Origin: Promethearchaeota archaeon | GTDB lineage: Archaea > Asgardarchaeota > Lokiarchaeia > Sigyniarchaeales > SOKP01 | NCBI GenBank assembly: GCA_016926735.1 | Contig: JAFGOA010000110.1 | Coordinates: 2,682-66,681, forward strand | Direction of reading: 5' to 3' | DNA: 64,000 nucleotides | The notes under the pieces: model-generated | What the model was told of the DNA's origin: nothing | Seen by the model: the letters and a program-made list of their open reading frames with translations, nothing else | Database searches by the model: none | Shown here: positions 60,388 through 64,000 of the stretch, in pieces | Layout of the letters: each line of letters begins with the position of its first letter | Position numbering within the stretch: position 1 is the first letter of the stretch | Translations under genes and position numbers: made by a program

Positions 60388-62424
60388 ATGTCTATAAGTA
60401 TTTTAAAAAAAAAAATGAATGATGATCAAATTGAAAAATATGTAAATGATATTATCTCTAAGCTATCTTTAAAGGAGAAAGTTTATGTCTTGTCTGGCCA
60501 TCAATTTTTTAAAATAATCATAAAAGATCGCGCCGTAGGAAAGCATCCTTATTCTGGTGGAGGAGTTAAACGTTTTAATATCCCACCATTTTTATTTACT
60601 GACGGTTCAAGAGGAGTAATTATGCCAAATTCTACTTGTTTTCCCGTATCTATGGCTCGTGCTGCTACGTGGGATGTCCATCTAGAAGAAGAAGTAGGAA
60701 ACATTATTGGAAAAGAATGTAGAGATCACGGTGCTAATTTATTTGGAGGTGTATGTATTAATCTCCTCCGTCATCCTGCTTGGGGAAGAGCACAAGAAAC
60801 ATATGGAGAAGATTCCTTTCTTTTGGGTGAAATGGGTGCCTCACTTATACGTGGAGTACAAAAACATAATGTAATGGGAACTGTAAAACATTTTGCATTA
60901 AATAATATAGAATTTTCACGACATAGAGTAAATATCCTAATTGAAGAGCGAACCTTACGAGAAGTATATTTACCTCATTTTAAACGTTGTATTGATCAGG
61001 GGTGTGCTACCGTGATGACTGCCTATAATAAAGTGCGTGGAGAGTATTGTGGACAAAATTATTATCTATTAAGAAAAATTTTAAAGGAAGAATGGAAATT
61101 TAAAGGATTTATACACTCAGATTGGATGCATGGTCTTTATGATGGTGTAAAAGGCATTACGGCAGGATTAGATGTGGAAATGCCCAGAGCAAAATATTAT
61201 GGAAATAATTTAATAAAAAAAGTAAAAAAAGGACTTGTCGCTCTTGATTTAATAAACGATTCTGTAAGAAGAATTATCTATACCGTATTAAAATTTATAA
61301 ATATGAAAGATCCTGAAAATTATGATAAGAAAATTATTGGAAGTAGTAAACATATAGAATTATCGAGAAAAGTTGCAGAAAATAGTATGGTTTTACTTAA
61401 AAATGACAGAAAAATTCTACCATTAGATTTAAAAAAGATAAAAAAAATAGCTGTTTTAGGAAAATTATCTAACATTAAAAATACAGGAGATCATGGCAGT
61501 AGTAATGTAAAGCAAAAAAATATTATTACTCCGCTTCAAGGGATCAAAAATTATGTAGGAGATTCTGTTGAGATTATTTATAGAAAAAAAATAAAACCAG
61601 CAATTAAAATTGCTAAGGAAGTTGATGTGAATATTATCGTTGTAGGATATACTTATAAAGATGAAGGTGAATACATTAAGCAAAAACTAAGAAAGGTTGG
61701 AGATCGATTAGATCTCGGACTTAAACCAAAAGAAGTTCTATTAATAAAAACTATTTCGAAGATAAATCCGAATTGTATTGTTATTCTTGTAGGTGGTAGT
61801 GCTATATTAATGGAAGAATGGAGACATACGGTTCCAGCTATTTTAATGGTATGGTATTCTGGAATGGAAGGGGGAAATGCTTTAGCTAATATTATTTTTG
61901 GATCTGTAAATCCAAGTGGAAAATTACCGTTGACAATTCCAAGAAGGATCTGTGATTTACCCTTTTTTGATTCTAAAGCAGATGAAATTGAATATGGATA
62001 TTATCATGGATATTGCAAATTTGATAAAGAAAGATTAGATCCTGCTTTTTATTTTGGTTTTGGACTGAGTTATACAGAATATGAATATAAAAATTTAAAT
62101 GTGGAACTAAATAAAGATAAAATTATCCTCAGTGTTGATGTTAAAAATATAGGAAAAAGAAGTGGAGAAGAAATAGTGCAAATGTATGTAGGATTTGAAA
62201 ATTCAGAAGTTGATCGCCCACTTAAATTATTAAGAGGCTTTAAAAAGATTAGATTAGGATCAGATGAAGTTAAGAAAGTGCAAATGGATTTAATGAAAAA
62301 AGATCTAGCATGGTATAATCCAAAATCTAAATCTTGGGAGATTGAAAAGATGGAATATTCAATCTATGTTGGATCGTCCTCTAAATTTGAAGATCTTTTA
62401 AAGAAAAAAATTATTATTAGTTAA
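60388..62424 (+). CDS. Beta-glucosidase, GH3 with Fn3-like C-terminus
   Basis: GRAQETYGED, KHFALNN, SDW, GEEIVQMY, LRGFKK. Confidence 0.95.
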   Translation: MSISILKKKMNDDQIEKYVNDIISKLSLKEKVYVLSGHQFFKIIIKDRAVGKHPYSGGGVKRFNIPPFLFTDGSRGVIMPNSTCFPVSMARAATWDVHLEEEVGNIIGKECRDHGANLFGGVCINLLRHPAWGRAQETYGEDSFLLGEMGASLIRGVQKHNVMGTVKHFALNNIEFSRHRVNILIEERTLREVYLPHFKRCIDQGCATVMTAYNKVRGEYCGQNYYLLRKILKEEWKFKGFIHSDWMHGLYDGVKGITAGLDVEMPRAKYYGNNLIKKVKKGLVALDLINDSVRRIIYTVLKFINMKDPENYDKKIIGSSKHIELSRKVAENSMVLLKNDRKILPLDLKKIKKIAVLGKLSNIKNTGDHGSSNVKQKNIITPLQGIKNYVGDSVEIIYRKKIKPAIKIAKEVDVNIIVVGYTYKDEGEYIKQKLRKVGDRLDLGLKPKEVLLIKTISKINPNCIVILVGGSAILMEEWRHTVPAILMVWYSGMEGGNALANIIFGSVNPSGKLPLTIPRRICDLPFFDSKADEIEYGYYHGYCKFDKERLDPAFYFGFGLSYTEYEYKNLNVELNKDKIILSVDVKNIGKRSGEEIVQMYVGFENSEVDRPLKLLRGFKKIRLGSDEVKKVQMDLMKKDLAWYNPKSKSWEIEKMEYSIYVGSSSKFEDLLKKKIIIS

Positions 62425-62448
62425 TAAAGAAAATACTAAGATATTTCT

Positions 62449-63627
62449 ATGAAGATATATGATTTTGAAGATATTAATTATTTAATTTTAGAAAAACAGA
62501 ATCTTTTAAATAAAAAGTCAAATAATATCTTGGAGATTGTAAATAATCTCTGTGGTTTACATGCTACAGGAACACTTGAACCATATTTACAATTATTCGT
62601 TAGAATGAATCAATTTTATAAAAAAGACCTTGATAGAGAATTGTATAAAATAAAAACATTAGGACGAGTTCGGGGAATGCGCAAAACTCTTTTTATTCTA
62701 ACAATAGAACAAATACCAATTGTATATAATGCAACAAAATATTTATGGCAGAAAAATCTAGATAAATATCTTGAAAATCTTCAATTATCCAAAGAAGAAT
62801 ATAAAAAGATAAAAATAAAAATCCTACAGTTAGTAAATAATAAGGAAATAACTACAAACGATATAAAGATTTCTCTTAATGCTCAAATCCCTATTTCTCA
62901 AATAATTAATTTAATGTGTGACGAATATATCCTAATTCGAGGACCTCCTATTAAGAGTTGGAGAGATAGAAGACTATATTATGCGAATTTTAATAATCAT
63001 TTTCCCAATCTAGATTTAAATATATATAATGAACAAGATTCATTAAATCACCTTATTGTAAAATACATTGATTCATATGGACCTGTATCACTAGATGATA
63101 TTGCTTGGTGGTCAGGAATAGGTAAAAACAAAATTATTCCTGTAATTTCGAGTCTCTATAATAAAATAGAGCGTATAAAAATATCTCATTTAACATATGA
63201 ATATTTTATCTCTATAAAAGATGAAATTAAGCTTAAAGAATTTAATAATAATAAGAATAGAAATCAAATAATCAATTTTTTACCGCTTCTTGATCCTTAT
63301 ATGATGGGTTATAAAATTAGAGAAAGATATATTTCTTCAAAAGATTATAATTATGTTTATGATCGTGCTGGTAATGCAACATCGACAATATTATTAAATG
63401 GAAATGTTATTGGTGTTTGGGAATTTAATGAAAATTTTAATTATCCTCTGAAATACTATTTATTTGAGGATATCAATTCTAAACTTTTAAATTTAATTCA
63501 TAAACAAGGAGGAGAAATAGGAAAATTTCTCAACGGTACTGAAGTAAAAATGAGGAAATGTAATTTTATGGAAAAATTAACAGAGAGGAATGCAGGTGGG
63601 TTTATGTCACCTTTGCAAAATCAATAG
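62449..63627 (+). CDS. AlkZ/YcaQ-like winged-helix DNA glycosylase
   Basis: GLHAT, MRKTLF, YGPVSLDDIAWWSG, LPLLDPY, GNVIGVW. Confidence 0.8.
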   Translation: MKIYDFEDINYLILEKQNLLNKKSNNILEIVNNLCGLHATGTLEPYLQLFVRMNQFYKKDLDRELYKIKTLGRVRGMRKTLFILTIEQIPIVYNATKYLWQKNLDKYLENLQLSKEEYKKIKIKILQLVNNKEITTNDIKISLNAQIPISQIINLMCDEYILIRGPPIKSWRDRRLYYANFNNHFPNLDLNIYNEQDSLNHLIVKYIDSYGPVSLDDIAWWSGIGKNKIIPVISSLYNKIERIKISHLTYEYFISIKDEIKLKEFNNNKNRNQIINFLPLLDPYMMGYKIRERYISSKDYNYVYDRAGNATSTILLNGNVIGVWEFNENFNYPLKYYLFEDINSKLLNLIHKQGGEIGKFLNGTEVKMRKCNFMEKLTERNAGGFMSPLQNQ

Positions 63628-64000
63628 TTTTATTTATAGTTAAATAGGTGAGAAAGCTGATTTTACGATATTATAAAATATAATTTACTAAAATAGTAGA
63701 GAATTAAAAGAATTCCAAAGATGATCATATAAATAGATTTTAAAAAATACTGATTCATTAATACCCAAAATGTCTTATGAGTTATTTAAATGAATCTTTT
63801 GATGCTAAATTTTTTTCATATATTTTACTGAAGAGAAGTATTATGTTCACTCTTTAGGAAGAATTATGTCTTAAAGTGAACAATTCTTAATTAATTATAA
63901 TAAAGCTAAACATTTATATATTCTTATACACTGAGAATAATAATAATGTTAAGGAAATATAATCTTATTCTAAAAATACTTCATAATTGATTCTATAAAA

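Noticed and set aside
63640-63900. Possible decayed gene after the AlkZ-like gene
   Set aside because: Multiple stops in the frame examined and no recognisable motif.

Overview
Very AT-rich archaeal DNA, most consistent with Lokiarchaeia/Promethearchaeia (Asgard). This is inferred from the archaeal GluRS, stand-alone ThrRS editing domain, MtxX, DRG GTPase, GGTGA-type Shine-Dalgarno sites, a multi-intron tRNA, and membrane proteins with longin-like cytoplasmic tails. The window has four zones. (1) 1-27.3 kb is accessory. It holds an array of small, partly decayed ORFs punctuated by a palindromic TTCATGA-CATCT-TCATGAA repeat, then secreted beta-propeller and solute-binding membrane proteins, two paralogous wHTH regulators and a 4460-aa surface protein. 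(2) 27.4-47.1 kb is mostly housekeeping and metabolic. It also contains an internally deleted IS200/IS605 (TnpB) remnant and tRNA-Arg(GCG) with three introns, neither visible in the ORF track. (3) 47.1-56.2 kb is a ~9-kb island with no recognisable integrase, bracketed by a full gpmI and a stranded, divergent second gpmI 3' end. It encodes four TIR/NDT-fold proteins, a 3TM candidate effector, a CARF-wHTH regulator, a DUF4417-like protein and a ubiquitin-like + TFIIB/cyclin-repeat + PD-(D/E)xK nuclease fusion. This is the best candidate for an undescribed defence system. (4) 56.9-64 kb carries metabolic and repair genes. All family assignments are by motif recognition by eye; no database search was run.
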